Source: Candidatus Kuenenia stuttgartensis
GTDB taxonomy: Bacteria > Planctomycetota > Brocadiia > Brocadiales > Brocadiaceae
Direction of reading: 5' to 3'
Length of the DNA stretch: 32,000 nucleotides
Assembly: GCF_900232105.1 (NCBI RefSeq)
Contig: NZ_LT934425.1
Span: 3,720,001-3,752,000, forward strand
In this document: positions 1-8,034 of the stretch, piece after piece
Layout: every line of letters begins with the position of its first letter
Position numbering within the stretch: position 1 is the stretch's first letter
The notes under the pieces: model-generated
Seen by the model: the letters and a program-made list of their open reading frames with translations, nothing else
Told to the model about the DNA's origin: nothing
Databases searched by the model: none
Made by a program: the position numbers and the translations under genes

Positions 1-1
1 T

Positions 2-952
2 CAGGATGCACGGAAATTATATTTACAACCGGTAGACGAAAATGATCAACCTACGGGCGAAGAAACCATTGAGAGAATATTATGGAGTGAAGATACATAT
101 CGCGAATGGAGATTTAGCGGTTATAGCGGATTGGAAGAAGATTATCCGGTAAACAATTATGCAGGGCGGGCGCTGCAGTGTCAGGATTGCCATATGAAAG
201 ACCCACCCCCTGACCCCGCAACGGGCAAATCTATTGCAAATTATAAAGAGGTCACAGATTCATTTTATATGTTGTCCGAAGACAAAAAGCAGTCGGGGAC
301 CAGCCGCGACCCCAGAACCATATATCCTCACCATTTTGAAGGAACCAATCAAAACCTTCCGGTTGGCGAAAAGAAACGATATCTTGATTGGGCGGTGGAT
401 CTTTCAGTTTCGAATGCCAGTGTCACTGATGGTATTGTCAGTTTTGATGTGGATGTGAAAAATTCACATACGGGTCATGCTTACCCATCCGGTGTTACGC
501 AACGAAATGTCGTTTTATATGTGGAAGTAACGCAAACAGGAAATTCTCTTAGTCAAACCAATGATCAAGTCGTTGATACCCCGGGAGGAAATTTCCCGAA
601 TGGCTATTATAATGGTGAAGGAGACTATGCAGGGAAGTCGGGCAAAATATTCATAAAACATAACAGGATGCTTGAAGATAACAAGGATCTGGATCCTTTT
701 TTCAATGATATATTGTATGCCTTTGCCGTTGAGGAATTGTACGATACGCGCATCAAGGCGAATGAGACAGACACCACACACTATGAGTTCCAAACACTGG
801 ACAACAGCACAATAACCATCACTGCAAGGCTTATTTACCGCTTTTATCCGAAAGGAACGCTTGAATTTGCGGCGCAAAACGGATATGTGATTTCTTCCCT
901 GGAGGAAAATGATTATGAATCGCATAAAGTGGAAATAACCGTAGAGCCGTAA
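2..952 (+). CDS. c-type (multi)haem cytochrome family protein, C-terminal part; 5' end lies upstream of the window
   Basis: The frame is open from nt 2 to the TAA at 950-952, so the TTG at 131 in the ORF track is not needed. A CxxCH haem-binding motif (CQDCH) is encoded at 179-193. An HTGHAYPSG segment resembles multihaem cytochrome families. Confidence 0.65.
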   Translation, partial: QDARKLYLQPVDENDQPTGEETIERILWSEDTYREWRFSGYSGLEEDYPVNNYAGRALQCQDCHMKDPPPDPATGKSIANYKEVTDSFYMLSEDKKQSGTSRDPRTIYPHHFEGTNQNLPVGEKKRYLDWAVDLSVSNASVTDGIVSFDVDVKNSHTGHAYPSGVTQRNVVLYVEVTQTGNSLSQTNDQVVDTPGGNFPNGYYNGEGDYAGKSGKIFIKHNRMLEDNKDLDPFFNDILYAFAVEELYDTRIKANETDTTHYEFQTLDNSTITITARLIYRFYPKGTLEFAAQNGYVISSLEENDYESHKVEITVEP

Positions 953-1228
953 AATGGATATCCGTGAAGGTGCGTTACTGAACAAAAAAATTAAGAACAA
1001 ATTCGAATGTCGAATCACGAAATTCAAGACAAATACTAAATTAAAATGTTTGAATGCCCAAAACATTGCAATTATCGGGATTTTTCAAAAAACTCTTTGC
1101 GGGTTCAGAAGCGCCACATACATTTTATGGTTAAATTGCCTATATAAAACGTGGGGTTCAGGTCACAGACCTGAACCCGCTTGGAGATCGCATAAATTGG
1201 AAATAACTGTAGAGCCGTAAAATGGATA
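919..1228 (+). repeat. 42-nt direct repeat pair (919-960 and 1187-1228) flanking a 226-nt insert
   Basis: atcgcataaaGtggaaataacCgtagagccgtaaaatggata matches atcgcataaaTtggaaataacTgtagagccgtaaaatggata with 2 mismatches. Each copy contains the last codons plus the stop of the cytochrome gene. Confidence 0.9.
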
Positions 1229-1272
1229 CCAAGGATTTACATATTTTAAATAAAATCCATTACAAGGGGTGG

Positions 1273-1303
1273 CACGGACAAACTCTGTTTGTCCGTGATT
1301 TTT
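1273..1303 (+). terminator. Rho-independent terminator
   Basis: An 11-bp perfect stem, cacggacaaac (1273-1283) / gtttgtccgtg (1287-1297), has loop tct and is followed by attttt. Confidence 0.75.
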
Positions 1304-1525
1304 CCGTGGAGTAGTTTCTTGGATCTGATTCAATTGTCCAAAATTGAACCGAAACTTTTTGCACTGTTTATGGTTTTTTTCACGGCTTTTTACCATTCAC
1401 AGCCAATGGTACTGTAAAAAACATCCGGTTCAATCTGAAAACAGGAAGGATACAAAGTGTTTGTAAAAGATGGATATATCTGTTACTATTTTTACTTTTC
1501 AACGAAGACAAAGGGATTGTCGTAA

Positions 1526-1996
1526 ATGAAACGGAATGTTGCCTTATTAATGATCACTTTTTTTGCTTTCATAGCACTTGCCGGTTGCGCTACAGGACAA
1601 TGGGGACGAAGGAATTTAACCAATGTTTCACGGTATGTCAACGGCGATGCAGCATCGGTTTGGGAGGCGGTTGATCAGGCGCTTATTGGAATACGCGTGA
1701 AAGAGAAGAATGTAGAAAAAGGACTTCTGATAACTGACTGGGTTAGTGGCTATTCCACAACACAGAACATGGGAGTGCTTTTGGAGGGGCGATGGCACGA
1801 ACGTTACCGTTTATTCATTACCGTTGTGCCGGAGCAAAACAAAACCTATCTTTCGATAGGATCTCAGGTGGAACAGAAGGCTCCTGGCGGAACGCGCGCG
1901 TATCGCTGGGACCGCATTCCGTCAAATGGACTCCCCGAACAAATGATCCTTGATAGGGTTGAACAGATTCTTAGTGCAATGGAGCAGGCACCTTGA
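1526..1996 (+). CDS. lipoprotein of unknown function (possibly BamC/NlpB-like fold)
   Basis: The N-terminus MKRNVALLMITFFAFIALAGC has a lipobox (LAGC). It is a clean 156-aa ORF with aaggga upstream. The functional call is only a weak resemblance. Confidence 0.75.
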   Translation: MKRNVALLMITFFAFIALAGCATGQWGRRNLTNVSRYVNGDAASVWEAVDQALIGIRVKEKNVEKGLLITDWVSGYSTTQNMGVLLEGRWHERYRLFITVVPEQNKTYLSIGSQVEQKAPGGTRAYRWDRIPSNGLPEQMILDRVEQILSAMEQAP

Positions 1997-2012
1997 AACA
2001 TTTAATTGCAAT

Positions 2013-2085
2013 GTAGGGGCGAAGCATTTGTTGTAAATTGTCATAAATGCGTTCATACCCAAACGGGCAAATGCTTCACCGCTAC
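2013..2085 (+). repeat. 73-nt hairpin (REP/MITE-like) element, copy 1
   Basis: Arms GTAGGGGCGAAGCATTTGT and GCAAATGCTTCACCGCTAC enclose a conserved 35-nt core (tgtaaattgtcataaatgcgttcatacccaaacgg). It lies 16 nt after the lipoprotein stop. Confidence 0.85.
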
Positions 2086-2171
2086 CGTGCTCTCCAATGT
2101 GTCAATATTAGCTTTTTTAAATCGGTTTGAGGCCCCGCTTCGCCGGATATTTTCCGATAGGATAGTTTATC

Positions 2172-3923
2172 ATGAATAAAAATGTATTTTTTCAGTTCAG
2201 CCTTTACGTTTCACTGATCTTGTTGGTGTCTTTTGCCGGCAAGGTTTTTTCTCAGGAAGGGGAAGCGGAACCTGCAGAAAATTTTCAAATGGACGTGTAT
2301 CTTACCCAGGAAGAGGCGCTTAAACTGGTTTTCCCGAAGAGCGATGAAATAGTAACCGACGAATTTATTATGACTCCGGAAGAAAAACAGCATCTGGAAC
2401 AGTTATTAAAAAGGCGTATCTTTGAGGATGGTTTTATCGTATATATTGGAAAGAAAAATAATGAAATCCAGGGATATGCGATCATAACAGAAGAGATAGG
2501 CAAGTTTCACCCGTTTACCTTTATTGTTGGAGTAAAACCAAACGGGAAGATAAGCGAGGTCGCCGTGCTTGTCTATCGGGAAAGCCGCGGGGGAGAGATT
2601 GCAAGGAAACGTTTTCTCCACCAGTTTTCAGGCAAATCATTCAAAAATTCAATCAGGACCAACAAAGACATCATTAATATCACCGGTGCTACCATGTCAG
2701 TTCAATATATGTGCGCCGGTGTAAGGAAGGTGCTGGGAGTGATAAATGAATATTATCTGAACGGCAAGAGGGAGGTAAACGTTAAGAAACAGGGCAATAC
2801 CCTGGTAAAACTTAATGGAGATGGCACGTTTAATGATAAAAAAATGCAATCGTCTGAGGGCGTGGCGCATCGCAATTTCAATGAAGAACAGAGCAAAAAA
2901 GGGGATGAAGCTTCCGGGAAAAAACTCGTAAAAGAAACGAGAATGATTATGGGTACTTTCGCTGAGATATCCACCTATTCCAATGATGTGAAGAATGCAG
3001 GTGCAGCAATTGACGCCGCGCTGAATGAAATGGAGCGAATGGACGCACTTTTAAGCAATTACAAAAAAGACAGCGAACTTTCCAGGGTGAATAGGGAAGC
3101 GGCAAAGGCTCCTGTTCCATGCTCTGAGGAATTCCTGGAATTTATTGAACAATCACTTTTTTTTAGCGAGTTAAGCGGCGGGGCGTTTGATATTACCGTT
3201 TCTCCCATAGTTTCGTTATGGGGGTTCTTTAATGAGAAGGGACATATTCCCTCTGATGAAGAAATTAACAGGCTTTTGCCGTCTGTATCGTATAAAAATA
3301 TAGAGATAAAAAGAAACGGAGATAAGAAAAAACCAGGCACGGTGTTTTTTAAACATATATCAACGCAAATAGACCCGGGCGCTATTGGGAAAGGATATGC
3401 CGTAGACAAGGCGTTGAACGTATTAAAGAAATATGGCATTGACAATGCCTGTATTAATCTGGGCGGCAATATATATGTATTGGGGGTTTCTGACGGGAAA
3501 GACGCCTGGAGGGTTGGCATACAGCATCCTAGATATAAAAATGAAATACTGGGATATTTGGAGCTTAAGGATGAAGCAACTGCGACGTCGGGCGATTATG
3601 AACGATTCTTTGAAATTAATGGCGTCCGGTATTCACACATAATTGATCCACGGACAGGGAAGCCTGTAAACGGAACAATTGCTGTGACAATAATTGCTCC
3701 ATCCGGAACGGATGTTGATGCGCTTTCTACAAGTGTATATGTTTTGGGACAAGAAAAAGGACTGAAATATTTACGTGAGATTCCCGGTGCTGAGGCATTG
3801 ATTGCGTGTGAGAAGGGCGGGAAAATTGTATTGTATGCAACCCGTGGTTTTAATGAAAAATTTACAAGAGTTGAAAATGAAGGAAAAACCGATGTCACGT
3901 GGCATGTGGTCTCTGCCAATTAG
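2172..3923 (+). CDS. apbE: secreted fusion protein: FMN-binding domain (flavinylation substrate type) + ApbE FAD:protein FMN transferase
   Basis: There is a signal peptide. The N-terminal half has the FMN_bind pattern ending in INITGATMS, with the motif Thr codon at 2691-2693. A K/E-rich linker follows. The C-terminal half has ApbE hallmarks: MGTFAEIS, DPGAIGKGYAVDKA, TSGDYERFFEINGVRYSHIIDPRTGKP. Confidence 0.85.
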   Translation: MNKNVFFQFSLYVSLILLVSFAGKVFSQEGEAEPAENFQMDVYLTQEEALKLVFPKSDEIVTDEFIMTPEEKQHLEQLLKRRIFEDGFIVYIGKKNNEIQGYAIITEEIGKFHPFTFIVGVKPNGKISEVAVLVYRESRGGEIARKRFLHQFSGKSFKNSIRTNKDIINITGATMSVQYMCAGVRKVLGVINEYYLNGKREVNVKKQGNTLVKLNGDGTFNDKKMQSSEGVAHRNFNEEQSKKGDEASGKKLVKETRMIMGTFAEISTYSNDVKNAGAAIDAALNEMERMDALLSNYKKDSELSRVNREAAKAPVPCSEEFLEFIEQSLFFSELSGGAFDITVSPIVSLWGFFNEKGHIPSDEEINRLLPSVSYKNIEIKRNGDKKKPGTVFFKHISTQIDPGAIGKGYAVDKALNVLKKYGIDNACINLGGNIYVLGVSDGKDAWRVGIQHPRYKNEILGYLELKDEATATSGDYERFFEINGVRYSHIIDPRTGKPVNGTIAVTIIAPSGTDVDALSTSVYVLGQEKGLKYLREIPGAEALIACEKGGKIVLYATRGFNEKFTRVENEGKTDVTWHVVSAN

Positions 3924-4428
3924 CAATAAGATATTTTTTACATTTTTCCTGGCCATAATTACCGTCGCCATTGGGGTAGGTTTTTGGATAGCGTATGACA
4001 AGACGGGTTTTTCTCCGGCGAAAACGGTGCGCTATTATTGTGGCGATGAAGGGGGAGAATTTGATCCGAATCAATCTCAGGAAGAATACCTGGAGAGCTT
4101 AAAGGAAGGTATTTATTTTCCCAAGTCGTACAGAGAACTTTTAGGAGTAACCCACGCCCATATTTTCTCAATACCCATTGTCGTTTTTATCCTTTCCAGG
4201 ATGCTTGCAATGACGCAATTGCGTGATTGGTTAAAGATTGCCGTTTACAGCGGCTCTTTAGCAGGGATCATCATGAACCTCGGTGCGCCATGGCTTATAC
4301 GCTATACATCACACCATTTTGTCATACTGTTAACCATTTCCAACATCCTCTTTATCCTTACCTTCGGCGCATACATCTTTTTCCCCCTCTACGATATGTG
4401 GTTTTATCGTGGGCAAATAAAAAAGTAA
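3892..4428 (+). CDS. integral membrane protein (4 predicted TM helices), unknown function
   Basis: The ORF track begins at 3802, but the ATG at 3892 is preceded by aagga with a 7-nt spacer. It overlaps the apbE fusion 3' end by 32 nt. There are four hydrophobic segments, and His pairs sit at TM edges (THAHIF, TSHHF). Confidence 0.7.
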   Translation: MSRGMWSLPISNKIFFTFFLAIITVAIGVGFWIAYDKTGFSPAKTVRYYCGDEGGEFDPNQSQEEYLESLKEGIYFPKSYRELLGVTHAHIFSIPIVVFILSRMLAMTQLRDWLKIAVYSGSLAGIIMNLGAPWLIRYTSHHFVILLTISNILFILTFGAYIFFPLYDMWFYRGQIKK

Positions 4429-4477
4429 CAGGCAACACAGACAGACAAACAGCTACAGCACGACAATACCTGAGACA

Positions 4478-4556
4478 GTAGGGGCGAAGCATTTGCTATA
4501 AATTGTCATAAATGCGTTCATACCCAAACGGGCAAATGCTTCGCCCCTGCTTTTTT
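4478..4556 (+). repeat. 73-nt hairpin element, copy 2 (best-preserved), followed by a T6 tract; probably doubles as a terminator
   Basis: GTAGGGGCGAAGCATTTGC ... GCAAATGCTTCGCCCCTGC has 18 of 19 positions complementary, then tttttt. It lies 50 nt after the stop at 4428. Confidence 0.85.
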
Positions 4557-4667
4557 AAAAGACTAATGTGTTACATAAGTTTTGATAATTTGTTAAATCA
4601 AATCCCACTAATGTTCTGGAAACAGAGTTTCCAGTGCAATAAGGCGCTCTCCGACGAATAGTTAGTT

Positions 4668-6036
4668 GGCTCTTCAGGCAAATGAGTGGGTAAATTTTTG
4701 CATTTTTATATCTCTGGTAGCATACAAGTAAGAATTTTTAGCCGAAGATATTCCTCATTTCTCAGACCGTATGCTCTTCTCTGTATCACCCTAATCTTGT
4801 TATTTAAGGCCTTCGACAAAGCCTAATGGGACCTTGTTCTCAGGTCTGCTGTATGCTGCAATGCCATCACAGTGTTTCTCTATCATTTCTGCAAACTTCT
4901 CGTAAGGCTTTAACCGTTGCCACTTCAGCGATTCCTTCCAGTTATCGAAAAACTTCCTTGACCATCCCCCTGTCTTATAGCTCCATAATTGTCCAAAGGA
5001 TTCCTTCAACAGATAGGCAGTGTTGAGCCGTTTGTTTGCCATGAGCAGCTTCTTTAACGCCTTGCGTCCATCAAGGGTGAGGTTCTCTCTGTTTGACAGA
5101 AGCGTATATTTCTGCCCTTTGATATACGAACGTTCTTTACCTGAAAGCCGTGCATATTCCATCTTCCGCACTTTGTCCAACGCTTCCCCAAGATGCCTCA
5201 TTACATGAAACTTGTCATAAAGGATCGCAGCATGAAACGCATTCTCCCTCGTTGACTTCTCAAATGCCTTCCACATATCCATTACTGCCAACCGTATCTT
5301 CTTTACCTTCTTTGCACCAAGCCACTGGTAAAATATATCGAGACTCTCTTTAGACCGATCCTTCCCTCCAAACCAAATCGGTCTTCCACGCTCCAAATCG
5401 CTTACCACTATCCGATAGGTATGCCCTTTCCTTATGGATATTTCGTCTATACCAATTACACGAGGTGCTGCTACTGGATACCTCCGAAGCTGTTTCTTCA
5501 TGTATTCTTTGTCTAATGTCTTCACCGTATCCCAGTCCAGCTTGAACTCCTTCGCCACATCCTTTACGGTCATAGTACGGCACTTCCGTCCTACAGAATA
5601 GGCAAATCGCTTCGTGTAAAAGGGATTGCCCGCAAGCCATTCCAGTTTTTCCCGCTTCACCTTTTTGCACTTCCGACATAATACTCGCCGCACCTCCACT
5701 TCCAGGTAAATCCGTGCATCTCCACAGGATAAATCCCGTACCAGACGCACCTTCTTGTCGTAATGACTCCAATGAATCTTTCCACAACACCCACATCCCG
5801 TTTTTTTTGTGTCCGCTTAAGTCTAATAACACGTGCCTTCGAGTCTCCAAATATCCCCTTAATTTCTGCTCTCGGACTAAACCCGGGGAAACCTATATTC
5901 GTCCAGCAGTCGTCTCTTTTTTTTCATTCAATTAGCATACAGTTTTTTTGCGCATAAAAAACTTCTTTTTTCCCTTATTTTATGCTATGTTGCAGTCAAT
6001 TCATGACTCATTCTTACCCACTCACTTGCCTGAAGC
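4668..6036 (-). mobile_element. ISL3-family insertion sequence (~1.37 kb)
   Basis: The terminal inverted repeats are GGCTCTTCAGGCAAATGAGTGGGTAA (4668-4693) and the reverse complement of 6014-6036 (GCTTCAGGCAAGTGAGTGGGTAA). The GGCTCTTC-type tip is typical of ISL3. An ISL3-type transposase lies inside. No clear target-site duplication was seen. Confidence 0.8.
4800..5927 (-). pseudogene. ISL3-family transposase, N-terminal region broken by frameshifts
   Basis: The 316-aa ORF (4800-5750, GTG) has clear ISL3 transposase features, including the zinc-finger-like CRKC. The missing N-terminus (MKKKRRLLDEYRFPGFSPRAEIKGIF...RLKRT..KKTGCGCCGKIHWSHYDKK) is readable only by changing frame at GGGG 5885-5888 and at T8 5801-5808. 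Confidence 0.75.
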
Positions 6037-6086
6037 AAAACATTTGTATAACAACTTTTTTCCGATTGACACAACATATTATGTGA

Positions 6087-6395
6087 AGTCGAAAAGTTAA
6101 CTCTGCTGGGCTTTTCTATGAATATTTTTTGTTGAAAACTCTGAATTTCGAAGAAATGAATTCTGATTCAGCGGTTCCGGGTCTTAATAGAAACATTGCG
6201 CTTTCCACGGAAATCAAAATAGCACCTTATGAAAGGCTTAAAGATTTTAACCGCCAATGTGCCCCTTATCTTGAAAAAATAGATATAAATAATAAACAAA
6301 TCCGTATCCTCGAAAAACTACGCGATTTACTGTTACAGAAATCAATGAGTGGCAAAGTAAGGTTCAATTTGAAGAAAATTAAGGCTTCTGATTAA
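6087..6395 (+). pseudogene. hsdS: type I restriction-modification specificity subunit (HsdS), C-terminal fragment only
   Basis: The frame opens at 6087. The tail ...AVPGLNRN...LRDLLLQKSMSGKVRF matches the conserved HsdS C-terminal helix pattern (LRDxLLPKLxSGExRV). There is no N-terminal half, and no hsdM in the window. Confidence 0.6.
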
Positions 6396-6410
6396 TGGAC
6401 AGGTTGAAAA

Positions 6411-6932
6411 TTGAAAAAATATAATCCAAAAATACATCATCGTCAGTCAATCAGATTAAAAGAATACGATTATTCACAGGAAGGATTCTATTTTATTACG
6501 ATATGCACGAATCACTATGTATGTTTATTCGGCAAAATATACGATGGTAAAATGGTATTGAATAATGCGGGAAACATAGCAGAAGAATGTTGGTTAGATA
6601 TTCCAAAACATTATCCGAATACCATTTTACGTGAATATGTGATTATGCCGAACCATGTACACTGGATTATCGAAATCGTTGCACATGTAGGGGCGAATAA
6701 TTATTCGCCCCTACAAAACGGCACGTCCAAAACAATCGGCGCCATAGTGCGGGGATTTAAAATTGGCGTAACAAAATGGTTTCGGAAAAATACAAACGTA
6801 CATACGGTATGGCAACGTAATTATTACGAACATATTATACGCAACGAACAATCATATTATAAAATTTCAGAATACATTATCAATAATCCCTCTCATTGGC
6901 TAACTGATAAATACTATGAACAAAATTTCTGA
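6411..6932 (+). CDS. Y1/HUH transposase-like protein (IS200-like / REP-associated tyrosine transposase-like, COG1943 type)
   Basis: The N-terminus KIHHRQSIRLKEYDYSQEGFYFITICT is typical of the family. The HUH motif is HVHWII and the catalytic Tyr context is RNYYEHIIRNE. It has a TTG start and overlaps the hsdR start by 17 nt. Confidence 0.8.
   Translation: MKKYNPKIHHRQSIRLKEYDYSQEGFYFITICTNHYVCLFGKIYDGKMVLNNAGNIAEECWLDIPKHYPNTILREYVIMPNHVHWIIEIVAHVGANNYSPLQNGTSKTIGAIVRGFKIGVTKWFRKNTNVHTVWQRNYYEHIIRNEQSYYKISEYIINNPSHWLTDKYYEQNF
6687..6714. repeat. 28-nt perfect palindrome inside the Y1 transposase-like ORF
   Basis: GTAGGGGCGAATAA|TTATTCGCCCCTAC encodes VGANNYSPL. Its outer 11 nt equal the termini of the 73-nt hairpin elements. 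Confidence 0.95.
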
Positions 6933-7833
6933 AAATACCATCGAACAATTCGCCATCGAACTGCTCGAAAAATCAGGCTATCAATACGTCTATGGCCCCG
7001 ATGTTGCGCCCGACAGCGTAACACCTGAGCGACAGTCTTTTGAGGATGTTCTTCTCATTGAGCGGCTTACTGCCTTCGTGGTCCGCATCAATTCGAATGT
7101 CCCTGCGGATGCAAGGGAAGATGCGATAAAGTAATTGCTTTGTCTCAATTTACCCGATCTCATATCGAACAATGAAACTTTTCACCGGATGCTAACCGAA
7201 GGCATTAAGGTAAGCTACCAGAAAGATGGTAGCAGCCGTGGCGACCTCGTATGGCTTATTGATTTCAACTCCCCGGAGAACAACGACTTTTTGGTGTTGA
7301 ATCAGTACACGGTAATCGAGAACCACGTCAACAAAAGGCCTGATGTAGTTCTTTTCGTAAATGGATTACCGCTGGTAATTATCGAGCTAAAGAATCCTGC
7401 CGATGAAAACGCTACTGTTCACTCCGCCTTTCAGCAGATACAAACCTACAAGCAGGCGATTCCCGGATTGTTTACATACAACGGTTTCATCGTTATTTCA
7501 GATGGGCTGGAGGCCAGGGCAGGTACAATTTCCGCCGCTTTCAACCGTTTTATGGCGTGGAAGACGGCTGACGACAAGGTTGAAGCCTCGCCTCTTATTG
7601 GTCAGCTTGAGACACTCGTCAAGGGTCTGTTGAATAAGACTACTCTCTTAGACCTTGTCCGGCATTTTATTGTTTTTGAAAAATCCAAAAGAGAGGACAG
7701 AGAAACCGGTATTATCACTATACAGACAGTAAAGATACTTGCAGCGTATCATCAGTATTATGCGGTGAACAGGGACGTTGAATCAACGATTAGGGCGGCT
7801 GGGTATGTACCCACCCCTAGCCCCTCCCGATAG
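6916..7833 (+). pseudogene. hsdR: type I restriction enzyme R subunit (HsdR), N-terminal ~295 codons with an in-frame stop, truncated before the helicase motifs
   Basis: The N-terminus MNKISENTIEQFAIELLEKSGYQYVYG... and the nuclease-domain pattern RPDVVLFVNGLPLVIIELK are typical of HsdR. An in-frame TAA sits at 7132-7134. Similarity stops near 7800 (..AAYHQYYAVNRDVESTIRAAG), just where the ATP-binding motif I should follow. Confidence 0.8.
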
Positions 7834-8034
7834 GGGAATATAATTTTAGACCCCTTCCAGGGGTGGAACAGAATCTCTGATCCTTCTCAGGAGGGGAACA
7901 TAGTTTCCGGCCTTTACAGGGTGGGGAATACAGATTCTCGATCCTCCCATGAAAACGACAAAACAAAAAGTCTCCTTTGTGTTGAGGGAAGAACAAAAAG
8001 TCCCCTCCTGGGAGGGGATTCAGGGGGTGGGTGG
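7819..8034 (+). repeat. tandem array of about seven ~30-bp units, each with a short CCCCTCC/GGAGGGG-type hairpin
   Basis: Example units: cccctcccgataggggaatataatttt, ccccttccaggggtggaacagaatctct, ccttctcaggaggggaacatagtttcc, cctttacagggtggggaatacagattctc, cccctcctgggaggggattcaggggg. The middle units are degenerate. Confidence 0.8.

Noticed and set aside
515-1066. 183-aa minus-strand ORF overlapping the cytochrome gene
   Set aside because: It is antisense to the haem-motif-bearing frame, and its product is a hydrophobic low-complexity sequence.
954-1220. 88-aa ORF in the insert downstream of the cytochrome gene
   Set aside because: Its last 10 codons are simply the duplicated cytochrome 3' end (HKLEITVEP*). 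The rest is AT-rich with no RBS. The ORF is a by-product of the duplication.
3802-3891. Upstream extension of the 4-TM protein ORF (start at 3802 in the ORF track)
   Set aside because: The extension lies wholly inside the apbE fusion coding region and has no RBS. The ATG at 3892 has aagga at proper spacing, and the hydrophobic protein begins there.
4227-4481. 84-aa plus-strand ORF overlapping the end of the 4-TM gene
   Set aside because: It is an alternative frame of a supported gene and runs into the hairpin element. It has no independent support.
5350-5850. 166-aa minus-strand ORF in an alternative frame of the ISL3 transposase region
   Set aside because: It has no transposase-like motifs. 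It overlaps the frame that carries clear ISL3 similarity. It is relevant only as a symptom of the frameshifted N-terminus.
7819-8034. Possible CRISPR array (regular ~30-bp periodicity)
   Set aside because: The units are contiguous, with only ~10 nt of semi-conserved filler and no unique spacers. Each repeat is a self-complementary G/C hairpin. No leader or cas genes are adjacent. It is a minisatellite, not a CRISPR array.
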